This document shows, one piece after another, positions 13,417 through 26,778 of a stretch of DNA of 64,000 nt. Origin of the DNA: Azolla caroliniana. Its lineage: Eukaryota; Plantae; Polypodiophyta. The stretch spans positions 15,624,001-15,688,000 of the forward strand of contig JBHGNT010000012.1 of the NCBI GenBank assembly GCA_043228905.1, in the 5' to 3' direction. How positions within the stretch are numbered: position 1 is the first letter of the stretch; the number at the start of each line of letters is the position of its first letter. The translations under genes were made by a program, and so were the position numbers. Below the pieces are notes generated by a model, which was not told where the DNA came from, did not search any database, and saw only the letters and a program-made list of their open reading frames with translations.

Positions 13417-15534
13417 CACATCTAAAGGGTTCTTTTCCTTTTGGGGCCCGATGATTCATGTTCGCTAGTGTGACTGTCTCGAACTTCTTCGCCAGTTCTT
13501 TGATGATGTCATCATCAATCTTCTTTTCTTCCAGGTTTCTTTGTTTAGCTTGTTCATCGACTTTTGGTTGTCTCGTTTTCTCCACAATCGATCCAGCCAA
13601 GTCGGTGTCATCAACCCATTGTCAACGCTTGTTGAGCCTATTGCACGCCCGCTTCATCGCAATCCAATTTGCCACAAGCCCGTTTGCTTGGGTATCATCT
13701 TCAAGAAGAGTCCCCAATTCTCTTTTATCCTTCATATCCACGGCTTTCAAGAAATACAAAGTCTTGTCCTCCTCAAGTAGCACTTGGTATGTGGCAGGGA
13801 GACGACTAAACATCTGGTCGAATTCGTCGTACACCCTTGAGGTGCTCATCTTCTTATTTTTCTTCTCTATCCACTTCATCAAGGCATGTCGAGTCATCCT
13901 CGACAAATCTTCCGTCACGAACTTTGCTAATATCGCTTTCTCGAATTTGGACCATGTTGTCTTGCCTTCTTGAAGCTCGATGACGCGTCTTTGGATGTTA
14001 TTGGCGACCACTCTCTTGAATCTTGTGATTTGACGCACTTCAGACACGTCCCTCTAATTCATCTCCCTTCTATATGCATCAAGGAACTTTGTAATATTCC
14101 TTCCGTCAAATTGACCTTCGAGCTCCACGACACGGTTGATAGCCTTCTCCACGCTCGCATCGTTGTCTCGAGATCTCATCATTTGTTTGACAATTAGCAT
14201 CATCTTTTCGAACTCTCCTACTTGATTGCTTGAGGATGTCATCTCCAAGTATCGGTCGATCCTCGACTTGATCCTTCCTACCGCCTCTTTCACGTCGAGT
14301 TTACCACTAAATTATGTCATGAAGCTTCGTCACTACATGCGAATCGTGAGGTGGAATCGCCGGGGTTCTGGACCGAAAGGATTCGATGTTTGCACTAACT
14401 TTAGCAAGAAAGTATTTAAGATAGAGAGAGATTGAGATAAGATAGGATGCTTGACTTTAGATTGAGAAAGATTGAAATGGAGAGAGAGAGAGAGATTAAG
14501 ATTGAACCCTTTACTTTAGATTTGAGGAACAAGATATATTATCAATTGGATAACGAATTTTCTTCTTAATATTAATTTTGATATAAAGTACAGAGCTTGC
14601 TTGATTAATACCTAGCCCGTTTTCCCTCTCCATCCACTATTTTATAAATGCCCTCATGCATATGATGCCTGTGAGGGTGCAAGACATGCATGAGATGCAT
14701 GTTTGCCATTTGGCGCTCATGTATTACATGTGATGCATGATAACCATGTCACTCAATCGAGCTCTAACATGAAAGTTTACATGTGAAAGTATAATGATAG
14801 TAAAAATATTTTTAAAGACATGACTTGGGTTAGTGGTAAGTTCATTGCCTCCTATCTTGGAGGTTCAAGCCTTGCTTGCATCCCTTTGATTACGAATTTC
14901 TAATAGGTTTTTTAGTCTAGATGATTTTGTTCATTTCACACCGAAATCGTCGCGATCAACCTATCTGATCGATCCATCTATCCGGTCCGCTTTCGACCCG
15001 GTGATCCAGTCTATCCATTCCGGTTCTGTCTGTTCCGATTCCGGTTCCGTCGCCGTCCGGTTTCGGTTTCGACACCGTCTGTTCCGGTTCCGGTTCCGGC
15101 TCCGTTGCCGTCTGATTCTGATTCCGGCTCATTCGCCGTTCAGTTCCGATTTCGGTTCCGCCAAAACCATTACGAGTAGTTAAGCCATAGTTTAGACCAA
15201 GAACATTATGTGCTCCACACATAGATAGAAAGTAATAACTTTTGGATTTGCTTATATATTGTGGGAGCCTAACTTGTCCTATCTATGTGGGATATCTCAC
15301 AGTTTTGTTTTCCTCTTCTTCTTCTTAAACTTCACACTCACATAACTTGACACTAATTTGTCCATTTCACATGTAGTAAAATGCATTCGAAAACTCTTGA
15401 AAACATCCATCTTTTCATACCAAGATATAAAACAATAGCTTCATCATTATTATTCCATATTGTGTGTGAAGAACCACACTCCATTTTGTACATTCCATGC
15501 AATTTTCACACCATTGGCGAAAATCTTTACGACA
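13417..15534 (-). mobile_element. Truncated Trp-primed Gypsy: 5' LTR (14315-15534), PBS and gag fragment
   Basis: LTR TGTCATGAAG...TTTACGACA; PBS TGGTAAACTCGACGTG (14291-14306, tRNA-Trp-like). Gag fragments 14293-14054 (GQFDGRNITKFLDAY), 14047-13622 and 13600-13417. Right flank TCGT. Confidence 0.85.
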
Positions 15535-15973
15535 TCGTAGGCTCTTTACCTTCAGGAAACACGCGAAGACTTCACTCTTTTTTGTGATCAAGAACACCTA
15601 AGTGTGTCGAGAGAAGTCATCGATGAAAGTTAGGAAATATCGGTTTCCACTGACACTCACGTTTAGTGTTGGTCCCCATACATCCGAATGGATCACATCG
15701 AGTGTATTTCGACTCCGGTTACGCTCATTGGGGAATGGAAGTCGGTGATGCTTTCCCAACTGGCAGTCTTCCTAGACTTGGCCCTTTCAGCCACTGAATT
15801 TCGGCAAGCCGAAGACGATGTTTATCGTCTGCATTTCTCAAAGCTTCGGGAAGTTGACGTGGCCGACCCGCTTGTGCCACATGTCAATATCTGATTCGAT
15901 CTTTTGTCCTTTTGCGAACATAACGGTGCTTATGTCGTTGGTCTCAAGGATAAACATGCTCCTTTCACAGCGC

Positions 15974-17110
15974 TGTCATGAAGATCCGTCACTACGCGCG
16001 GATCGTGAGGCGGAACCGCCGGGGTTCTGGACTGGAAAGACTCGAAGTTGGAGCAAGCTTTAGCGAGAAAGGAATTAAGATAGATTGAAAGAGAGAGATT
16101 GAGATAAGATAGAACACTTGATTTTAGATTGAGAGAGAGATTAAGAACTCTTGACTTTAGATTTCAAGAACAAGGTATATCATCAAAAGGATAACGAATT
16201 TTCTTCTTAACATTAATTTTGATTTAAAGTACAAAGCTTTCTTTTTTTTATCCAAGAAAATCCCCCATTGATCTTTTTCATTCCCTCTTTTATAGATTCC
16301 CTCATGCATTTGAGGGTTCAAGACATGCATAAAATGCATGTTTGCCATTTGGCGCTCATGTATTACATGTGGTGCATGATAACCATGTCACTCATTTTAG
16401 CTCTCATGTATGAGAATTTATATGTAAAAGTAAAATGATAGAAATATAAGTTCAATTAAATGTCATGGCTTAGTGGTAAGCCTATTGACTCTTAACTAGG
16501 AGGTGCAAGGTTCGAATCCTCACTTGCCCTCCTTGTATATATATATGTGATATTTATTTATTAATTTGGACGCCGGATGCCGGATGACGCCGGTTACCAG
16601 TGGTCGCTGCCGGCACCGGATGCCGTCTATTACCCGTAGCTGCCGCCGGATGCCGGCTGCCGCCGAATGTCGGTTCCACCGGCTCGCCGGCTCTGTCTCC
16701 GTCGGATCACCGGTTGCTGGTGTGCCACCGTCGCTTTGCTGGTTGCCGCCGGATTACCAGCTCCATCGCTGGTCCGGTTTTGGTTGGCCAAAACCTTTAC
16801 TCCACACATAGACACAAAGATAATAACTTTTGCTCTACCTTATATATAGTGAGAGCCTTATTCGCCCTGTCTATGTGGGATATCTCATAATTTTCTCTTT
16901 TTCTTTCGCAACTTCTTACCCACATAAATTAACACTTAGATGTTCGTTTCTTATGTAGTAAAGTGCACCTCTTCAAGATCTTCGTCTTTTATACTAAGAT
17001 ATTAAACTTACTTAGAATTAGTATATTCACTATTATTGTTTTATATGATTGACACTTGATTTTGTACGTTTTATGTGATTTTCACACCATTGCCGAAAAT
17101 CTTCACTAAA
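15974..17110 (-). mobile_element. Solo LTR of Trp-primed Gypsy lineage in Copia D
   Basis: Inverted homolog of 999-2204; TGTCATGAAGAT...ATCTTCACTAAA; TSD GCGC/ACGC. Confidence 0.88.
16461..16530 (+). promoter_or_regulatory. tRNA-like cassette with consensus Pol III A and B boxes inside LTR
   Basis: A box TGGCTTAGTGG 16466-16476; perfect B box GGTTCGAATCC 16509-16519. Confidence 0.75.
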
Positions 17111-19938
17111 ACGCCCTTGCACGATTATCATACCTTCCTCTTCTATGAAGCACCCGAGATGCATGAATAGAACTTGCATCCCCTGGTCAACGATCCAACC
17201 GATCGACACCAGGTTCTTGGCTATTTTCGGGACGTGTAGCACGTTCATGAGCTTCCCTTTTTGTCCAACGTGACTGAGGGGAACTTCACCAACATGTTCG
17301 ATGGTATACGGAGATTCGTCTCTAGTTTTGACCACTCCTTGTTTTTCCGGTCTCTCCAGGTACGAGAACCATTCCTTGTGACTTGTCATATGATTTGACA
17401 CTTCAGAGTAAACATACCACACCTTGTCTACTCTAGAGGTGTTCACGGCCATCGAATTAGCCTTGTGTTTCATTACGAAGGTTGGGCCCGATTCATTTTC
17501 AGCTCGTTCGGAGCCTTCTGCGTAGTGCGATGTTTGATGCCTCTCTACGTCTCTTCGGCTCAATCCAGCTTTGTCGGAATCGGCTCGTTTCTTCTAGCAC
17601 TCACTCTCTGTGTCCTTTCTTGCCACAATACTAGCAATCCATCGCGGCCTTCCTTTGCCGGTTTCTGACATCACCATGACTCCCCCTACTTTCGGAGGGT
17701 TCAAAATTGCTTCCTGCATTTTGATTATGCCACACGTTCTGCTCTTTTCAATCGCCTCCATTGCGCGCTGATCTGGCACGTCTGCCATGACCATAAGGCC
17801 TATCTTCCTCTATGTACAACATTTTGCTGTCGACATGCGTACTCGTCGATGCACCCGCATGATTTTCCTCTACGAGCAACATTGATTGATGCTCGAAGAA
17901 CGATGGCGTATTCTCCCTTATGCAGACCACCATTCTAAAAGCTCCGAACTTGGACGCTAGCCCTCCAAGGCACACCTGCACCATTTCATCTTCCTCGACA
18001 TTCACGTTGACGGAGGCAAGAGAATCGCATTCCTTGATTCAGGCCGTGTAATAATCCATAGACAGATCTTTCTGTTGGACATTGCTGAGCTCTTATTTGA
18101 GTTGCAGCTTCCTGGCCATTGTGCTCGCGGCGAAAATCTTCTTGAGATTTGCCCACACGTCCTTTGGCGTCTTCGCATCCCGAATGTAGCTCAAGAGCTG
18201 GTATCTCACACAGGACGCAAGGCAGTATAGAACTCTGCTTGCCGCCTGTTCCCAGGTCGAGAAGTCTTTGTGTGTCGATTCAGGTGTTGTATCGATAGCT
18301 CCATTGACATAACTCCAGTAGTCGTGCCCAAGCAGGTACTTGTCCATCTTGTACGACCAAGATGCATAGTTGCTTCTGTCTATATTCTCTATAGGAAGTG
18401 AGCTAGCCATCCCTCTATCCATTCTTATTTTTCTTCAGTTCTTCACGGTGATGTTTGTCTGTTTGTCGGCCGCAGAGGATTTCAACCCTTGCACTCTAAT
18501 ACCATGCCAACGAATAGTGTGTGTCAAAGCGTAACAGACACAACCGTGTAACACATATGACGAAGAGAAGGTTTAATGGAAAGCTTTGAACATGACACAA
18601 CATATGCAGGAGAGACAAAGAATGAGAGAGAGAGTGTGAATAGAACACACAAAACTTAGATTCAAAAATAACTCACAGTCACTCTATACAAGATGCGCAC
18701 AATCTTCGCTTTTTTTACAAGTCCTTATGGACAGATAGAAGTATAGAAGTATTGTAAGAGTACTGCCACATACTTCAATGCTCATTAATGAGCCTCCTAC
18801 ACTAACTCCCAAAATTATTCCTTACGAGGAATAACGTTCTAACGGCCTCTCGGCTTATGCACCGTTACAGCCTTTGTGCATACGGTTTTACGCACCCAGT
18901 CTACGCACTGGGTTACGCACCCATTTACGCACCCTATCTTGAGCTTGTATCTCAACATCTCATCACGAACATTCCGCCATGGTCTTCATAGTCGGAGTTG
19001 GTGGCGTAATTGGTTAGTTATGGACTTGTAGAAGCCGACTCGCGTTTCTTCTTTCAACAATCTTCTTCGTGGTGGCTGATTTTGCCGCGATATCCGCATT
19101 CGATCGATTTTTGTCGGCTTGGACTAGTATTGAAGCTCCCTTTTGCCGAACGTTGTCGTGCCTTTCGGCTCCGGATCGTTGCGTGAGTCGGGCGGAAACC
19201 ACTGAGGTTTTTCGACTAGGAGAAAAGAAAATTCTAAGGCAATGAAGAATATGAAATATGTTGTAAGAAAGAAAGATATGAAAACCTCGTGAATCCCACG
19301 AGTATAGTGTATTAGTGAGTACTCAGATTAAGAGAGAAAAATAGTTAGCAAATTCGTGAATCCCACGATTATATTATATTAATCCACCCTTGTAAAATAA
19401 GCAACAACCCCCCATACATCTTTCTCTCCTCCTTATATAAGGATGGCAGAGGCTAAGCATAGCTTCATGCTTTTTCTAAAGTGTTCATGCACACTAAATT
19501 TGCATGGGTTTCCTTTTCACGCTATGCTTTTATTTCCTAAATATAGTGCTCATGCTCGCTAGATGTGCATGAGTCATCTTTTATTGGTGTACATTTTTCT
19601 TATAAATAAAGTATTCACGCATTCTAAAAAATGCATGACTTTCCTTTTAATAAAGGTAGGCGTAAATAAAGGTCTTATACATATTAAATCTATATTTAGA
19701 ACACTTAGGATAAGTTAGTACAATGATAAAGTTGGGGTTTGTCTACGTGGAAGTGTAGGGTTTGAATCCTGCCCTATGCACGTAATAAATATTTTTAATA
19801 TTTTAGTTTATTTATTATACGTACTTTAAATCAGATATAGTATTTTACATATTTCACATAGTGTGTGATTCACACTACGACACTCGCCCCCTCCGAACCC
19901 GCACATCCTCCGGTATGTGCCGAAGTCCCCGATGCTTG

Positions 19939-21099
19939 CTATTCACCTTCATTCGAAGCTTCCTCCGATTCTCCCCTTAAGTCGACTATGAGTTGTAATC
20001 CACTTTCTTCGCTTTCCGCATCACCGCGATCTTTGTCCGATTGCTCCTTCTTGTCCGTCTTGTCTTGGATCACATAGGGTTCTTCATTAGTCCACTTCTT
20101 GAAAATCTTCACTCGTTTCCCAGCTATAGGCACTCGTAGAATCGTTCCATCCAACTCGCATAGTCGGTAAGTTCCGTTGTCGAAAACTTTCCGAACCTTG
20201 TATGGCCCGAACCACCTTTTCGCGAACTTCCGCATCGTTGTATGTTGATGATCCAAACTACTGTCGTAGACAATCACCCATTCTCCTTCTTCAATCTTCC
20301 GCGGTCGTAGTCGGTGCTTTGTGTCGAACCGTCTTTTATTCCGGAGTCGCGCTTCTTGTTGTCGGCGTATTGCTTCCGCTATGTCTTCCGGTCTTCCTTC
20401 TAGTTGTCGTATCCAGACCGCTAGTAGTTCTTCCCGGCTCATCTCTTTCTTCCATGGTAGCACTGTCCATGTCGCGATCGCAGTTTCCGTTGGCATTATC
20501 GGTGCTTGTCCGGTCATGAGTTCTGCCTGCATGTAACCGGTTACGGAGCTATGCGTCGTCCAATCCACCCATAGTGCATACGGGAACATCTGCGGCCAAT
20601 CCTTCACCCTTTTGTCGCATGCTTTCGCAAGTGCTTTGACGATCGGACTATGTCCTCGTTCGATTTTCCTGTTGGCCTCCGGATTGTATGCCGTTGTTGG
20701 TGTTAACCGAACTCCATGTTTGGTGAAGAATTCCTTAGCTTTATTAGAGTCGAGTTCTCCCCGATCCACAATCACTTGTCCTACGCACTCGTACCTGCAA
20801 AACACCTCCTCCAAAAGAAATTGGCATACCGCAAAACATGTTTTCCTTCGTAGCGCCCGACCTTCTACTTGGTTTGTGAGATCTTCCCGAGCTAACACGA
20901 AGTACTTCTTTTGTCTGATCCCGGTTGGCATGGCTACAATATCGACCATCCACTTGAAGTTGATTGTCGGTGAGAATGTCGGATGTAACTCATCTTGGTG
21001 TCGAACTCTGGAGTAGATTTGACACTTCTTGCAGCTTTCCGTGAACTCCGCTATATCTTTGTACATGTTCTTCCACCAATATTTTTGTTTGATTTTCAC
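19939..21099 (-). pseudogene. Gypsy integrase (open fragment)
   Basis: WWKNMYKDI...C..CQ; DRGE; YNPEANRKIERGH; GPY motif WFGPYKV. No chromodomain evident. Confidence 0.9.
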
Positions 21100-22591
21100 A
21101 AAAGTTTCCCATGTTCCTCAATGTCCAGCCCAATCAGATTTGTGAAATTCAGACATTATCCGGTTTTGTTGCTCTTCGTCCTGACTACCTGAAGTGGTAT
21201 GCCATCCGATCTTTTCGGCTCCCTCCATATTAATCCATTTTTCAAGAAGAACTTTTGGACTTGCCGCTTCTTACTTCGAATCTCGACTCTCTTCTCTTTA
21301 TTGTTTGATGATTCCTCGATTTCTTGTAGCACTTTTCCGATCAGCAAGCTTTCTCCATCGTATTCTTTTTCCTGGAATTCTCAGATTACGTTCACCCAGC
21401 ATATGTGCTCCGAAGCAAAGTAGTCTTCGGAAACTTCTTCATTATCGGATCTTGTTATGTCATATCCGAACCACACCCTTGATAGCATATCCGCTACCAC
21501 GTTGTCTTTTCCGGAGATGTGTCGTACCTCCGGATCAAGCAACTTAACATATGCAATCCATCTTAGCATAGCCACATCCAGTATCGTGCAACACCGCATC
21601 ATCCCGAGTATCGGAAGACAATCCGTTTCGAACACTACCTCGGCTCCGATCAAATAATCTCGATCCGATTTTATTGCCGACACAACTCCCCATAATTCTC
21701 TTTTGACTTGTGCATATTCGCGTTGCCTTTCGTTGAGAACCTTTGCTCCAAATCGAATCGGATATCACGAACCATCCAAGTCGGCTTGATTGATGACCCA
21801 TCTGATTCTGGTTGGATTTGTGTCAACCGTTACTATGATCGGTCGGTCATAGTTTGGCTTCTTTAGTGCATTTGCCCTCCGTAGTGATTTCTTGAGCTTC
21901 TTCACGGCTTTGGTATGCTCCGGTTTCCATTCGAACTTCTTACCCTTCCGCAACAAGTGATAGAGTGGGTCCGCAATATGTGCATAGTGCGGAATCCATA
22001 TGTGATAGAATGCACATGCTCCAAGAAACCTTCGGACTTCGGATTGTGACTCGCATACTTCTTCCATAGCTTGAATCGCATTAATCTTGGTTGGTGACGG
22101 TCTTCGGCCGTAGGGCCCACATAGATGTCCGACTACCAATATTTCTTCTTGCCCGAATGCCGATTTCTCATCGGAAAGTGTTAGGTGCACATCTTCCAAT
22201 TTTCGAAGCACTTTCTCGCAATCACGAATATGGTCGACTACAAACTTTAGGCATCCCCGATCATCCATAGTTTCATCTTTTTCTTCTACCGTGCATCCTT
22301 TCATTGGAATGTCATTTAGAAACGACATCGTTATCGCCGGAATGCAGTCTCGAAGCACCTTGTTCATTGCATTCATCATATGTGCGACCGAGTTCGTTGC
22401 GCCTTGTGGTAGCGTACACATTCGGACTAATCCTATCGGTGTCTGCATGGTAGTGATATCTCGGCTCTCCACAGCTAGTTGGAATTGGTCATACCCCGAG
22501 TATAGGTCTCCGATGGAGTATATCGCACGACCGGCAAATGCTTCCGCAAATTCGTCCACTATCGGACCGACTCCGGAGTTCCGGTGTCGTG

Positions 22592-25500
22592 CCTTTCGGC
22601 TCCGGATCGTTGCGTGAGTCGGGTGGGAACCGCTGGGGTTTTGGACTAGGAAGAGGAGAGTTTTAAGGCTAATAAGAATATAAATATGTTGTAAGAAAGA
22701 GTTATAGCAAACTCGTGAATCCCACGAGTGTATTGTATTTGATTAATCAATATGAATATAAGAATATAAATTTGGGTTGAAAGAGAATGATATAGAATCC
22801 TCGTGAATCCCACGAGTATAGTTTATTAATTGGTGTTTTTTAGAAACATATCCAGTTTCCAAATATTTTTCACACACAATTACATTGTGCTCCCCATCCT
22901 TATGTAGTGATGAGGAAGTCTTAGTAATCCATGCTTTTTCTCTAACTATAGACCCCATGCTTTTCCTATAGATAGACTATATGCTTTATCTAAAGTGATC
23001 ATGCTTTTTTTCTGACTTGTGCGTTTTTTATCATGCACGCTAGATGTGTATGTGTAGCTTTTTCTTTTGTTATGCGTTTTTCTAATGTTTATCCTAGCGT
23101 GAATTTACCTTTCTATGTGGGACATCTATGCTTTAACACTAATGAAATGCTAGTGTAATGGTAAGACATTACATTATTAACATGGAGGTGCAAGGTTCAA
23201 ATCTTGCCTTATGCATGTTCCATTTATTTTGCTATTTTCTTCTATTTCTTCATTTTTTATTGAATCTAATACTATATACGTTTTTCACGTAGTGTACAAA
23301 ATACACTACGACACTCACCCCCTCCAAACCCGCACATCCTCCGGTATGTGCCGAAGTTGTTGGTGTTTGTTAGTCTCCTCCGTCCGGTCTCTACCCGATT
23401 GGTTTCGTTGCCGGCTCGTAGTACCCTCGACTTCTCTTGTTATGTTGACTTTGTCTCTCCATTTGGAGCACATCCATTCTTTCCACCCGAACCATTGTCG
23501 ACATCCGATCCACCATAGTCTTCGTTCGCTTTTTGCATGGCCTTTCGGCTCCGGATCGTTGCGTGAGTCGGGTGGGAACCGCTGGGGTTTTGGACTAGGA
23601 AGAGGAGAGTTTTAAGGCTAATAAGAATATAAATATGTTGTAAGAAAGAGTTATAGCAAACTCGTGAATCCCACGAGTGTATTGTATTTGATTAATCAAT
23701 ATGAATATAAGAATATAAATTTGGGTTGAAAGAGAATGATATAGAATCCTCGTGAATCCCACGAGTATAGTTTATTAATTGGTGTTTTTTAGAAACATAT
23801 CCAGTTTCCAAATATTTTTCACACACAATTACATTGTGCTCCCCATCCTTATGTAGTGATGAGGAAGTCTTAGTAATCCATGCTTTTTCTCTAACTATAG
23901 ACCCCATGCTTTTCCTATAGATAGACTATATGCTTTATCTAAAGTGATCATGCTTTTTTTCTGACTTGTGCGTTTTTTATCATGCACGCTAGATGTGTAT
24001 GTGTAGCTTTTTCTTTTGTTATGCGTTTTTCTAATGTTTATCCTAGCGTGAATTTACCTTTCTATGTGGGACATCTATGCTTTAACACTAATGAAATGCT
24101 AGTGTAATGGTAAGACATTACATTATTAACATGGAGGTGCAAGGTTCAAATCTTGCCTTATGCATGTTCCATTTATTTTGCTATTTTCTTCTATTTCTTC
24201 ATTTTTTATTGAATCTAATACTATATACGTTTTTCACGTAGTGTACAAAATACACTACGACACTCACCCCCTCCAAACCCGCACATCCTCCGGTATGTGC
24301 CGAAGTTGTTGGTGTTTGTTAGTCTCCTCCGTCCGGTCTCTACCCGATTGGTTTCGTTGCCGGCTCGTAGTACCCTCGACTTCTCTTGTTATGTTGACTT
24401 TGTCTCTCCATTTGGAGCACATCCATTCTTTCCACCCGAACCATTGTCGACATCCGATCCACCATAGTCTTCGTTCGCTTTTTGCATGGCCTTTCGGCTC
24501 CGGATCGTTGCGTGAGTCGGGTGGGAACCGCTGGGGTTTTGGACTAGGAAGAGGAGAGTTTTAAGGCTAATAAGAATATAAATATGTTGTAAGAAAGAGT
24601 TATAGCAAACTCGTGAATCCCACGAGTGTATTGTATTTGATTAATCAATATGAATATAAGAATATAAATTTGGGTTGAAAGAGAATGATATAGAATCCTC
24701 GTGAATCCCACGAGTATAGTTTATTAATTGGTGTTTTTTAGAAACATATCCAGTTTCCAAATATTTTTCACACACAATTACATTGTGCTCCCCATCCTTA
24801 TGTAGTGATGAGGAAGTCTTAGTAATCCATGCTTTTTCTCTAACTATAGACCCCATGCTTTTCCTATAGATAGACTATATGCTTTATCTAAAGTGATCAT
24901 GCTTTTTTTCTGACTTGTGCGTTTTTTATCATGCACGCTAGATGTGTATGTGTAGCTTTTTCTTTTGTTATGCGTTTTTCTAATGTTTATCCTAGCGTGA
25001 ATTTACCTTTCTATGTGGGACATCTATGCTAGTGTAATGGTAAGACATTACATTATTAACATGGAGGTGCAAGGTTCAAATCTTGCCTTATGCATGTTCC
25101 ATTTATTTTGCTATTTTCTTCTATTTCTTCATTTTTTATTGAATCTAATACTATATACGTTTTTCACGTAGTGTACAAAATACACTACGACACTCACCCC
25201 CTCCAAACCCGCACATCCTCCGGTATGTGCCGAAGTTGTTGGTGTTTGTTAGTCTCCTCCGTCCGGTCTCTACCCGATTGGTTTCGTTGCCGGCTCGTAG
25301 TACCCTCGACTTCTCTTGTTATGTTGACTTTGTCTCTCCATTTGGAGCACATCCATTCTTTCCACCCGAACCATTGTCGACATCCGATCCACCATAGTCT
25401 TCGTTCGCTTTTTGCATGGCCTTTCGGCTCCGGATCGTTGCGTGAGTCGGGTGGGAACCGCTGGGGTTTTGGACTAGGAAGAGGAGAGTTTTAAGGCTAA

Positions 25501-26369
25501 TAAGAATATAAATATGTTGTAAGAAAGAGTTATAGCAAACTCGTGAATCCCACGAGTGTATTGTATTTGATTAATCAATATGAATATAAGAATATAAATT
25601 TGGGTTGAAAGAGAATGATATAGAATCCTCGTGAATCCCACGAGTATAGTTTATTAATTGGTGTTTTTTAGAAACATATCCAGTTTCCAAATATTTTTCA
25701 CACACAATTACATTGTGCTCCCCATCCTTATGTAGTGATGAGGAAGTCTTAGTAATCCATGCTTTTTCTCTAACTATAGACCCCATGCTTTTCCTATAGA
25801 TAGACTATATGCTTTATCTAAAGTGATCATGCTTTTTTTCTGACTTGTGCGTTTTTTATCATGCACGCTAGATGTGTATGTGTAGCTTTTTCTTTTGTTA
25901 TGCGTTTTTCTAATGTTTATCCTAGCGTGAATTTACCTTTCTATGTGGGACATCTATGCTTTAACACTAATGAAATGCTAGTGTAATGGTAAGACATTAC
26001 ATTATTAACATGGAGGTGCAAGGTTCAAATCTTGCCCTATGCATGTTCCATTTATTTTGCTATTTTCTTCTATTTCTTCATTTTTTATTGAATCTAATAC
26101 TATATACGTTTTTCACGTAGTGTACAAAATACACTACGACACTCACCCCCTCCAAACCCGCACATCCTCCGGTATGTGCCGAAGTTGTTGGTGTTTGTTA
26201 GTCTCCTCCGTCCGGTCTCTACCCGATTGGTTTCGTTGCCGGCTCGTAGTACCCTCGACTTCTCTTGTTATGTTGACTTTGTCTCTCCATTTGGAGCACA
26301 TCCATTCTTTCCACCCGAACCATTGTCGACATCCGATCCACCATAGTCTTCGTTCGCTTTTTGCATGGC
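22592..26369. repeat. Tandem array of LTR+PPT+3' internal unit (949, 949, 930, 949 bp)
   Basis: Unit starts CCTTTCGGCTCCGG at 22592, 23541, 24490 and 25420. Third unit lacks 19 bp between ATGCT repeats. Confidence 0.95.
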
Positions 26370-26778
26370 CCGCTTGGTCCTTGTCATCCGCGGTAGTATC
26401 TTTTCTTGCCCTCTTTCTTTTCTTCATCAATCTCGACTTCTTTTCGGATTTTCGGTTTAGTCGGATTAGCTTACTTCCGATTCGGTCTCGTCGGATCGTC
26501 TTTCGTTTAGTTCGGCTTCCTTTCCGATTTGTATTCGGTCGATCCGGACTCGGTTGATCGGTTTTTACCGATTCAGTGCTCTTTCGGGTCGGTTTCTTTT
26601 CTTTTCTTTTCGTCCGGATTTGCTTTCTTTTCTTCGTTTTCACCTGCCTTGTCCGGTTTGACTTTCGGCACTTCTTTCCGTTGTTCGCTACGTAGGTCCT
26701 TCGATATGTGCTCGTTGTTCGGTCCTCGTGTGGTTGTAATGCATGCTTCTTTTCTCGCCGTAGCGCGTGCTTCTTTAT

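Larger units (their letters stand above)
15535..18957 (-). mobile_element. Copia D, 5' half (LTR-gag-PR-INT start), inserted in Copia C
   Basis: LTR 18505-18957; PBS TGGTATTAGAG abutting the LTR at 18504. Gag 18422-17748; protease-like WYVYSEVSNHMT; integrase HSDVWGP...FIDDFSR near 15600-15700. Confidence 0.88.

Noticed and set aside
16461-16530. Genuine tRNA genes at the A/B-box sites
   Set aside because: Acceptor and anticodon stems do not pair convincingly by eye, and all copies lie in LTRs or SINE-like contexts.
22592-26369. CRISPR-like array or repeated protein genes (identical 71-aa and 134-aa ORFs)
   Set aside because: The units are near-identical LTR duplications without unique spacers, and the ORFs are incidental LTR translations.
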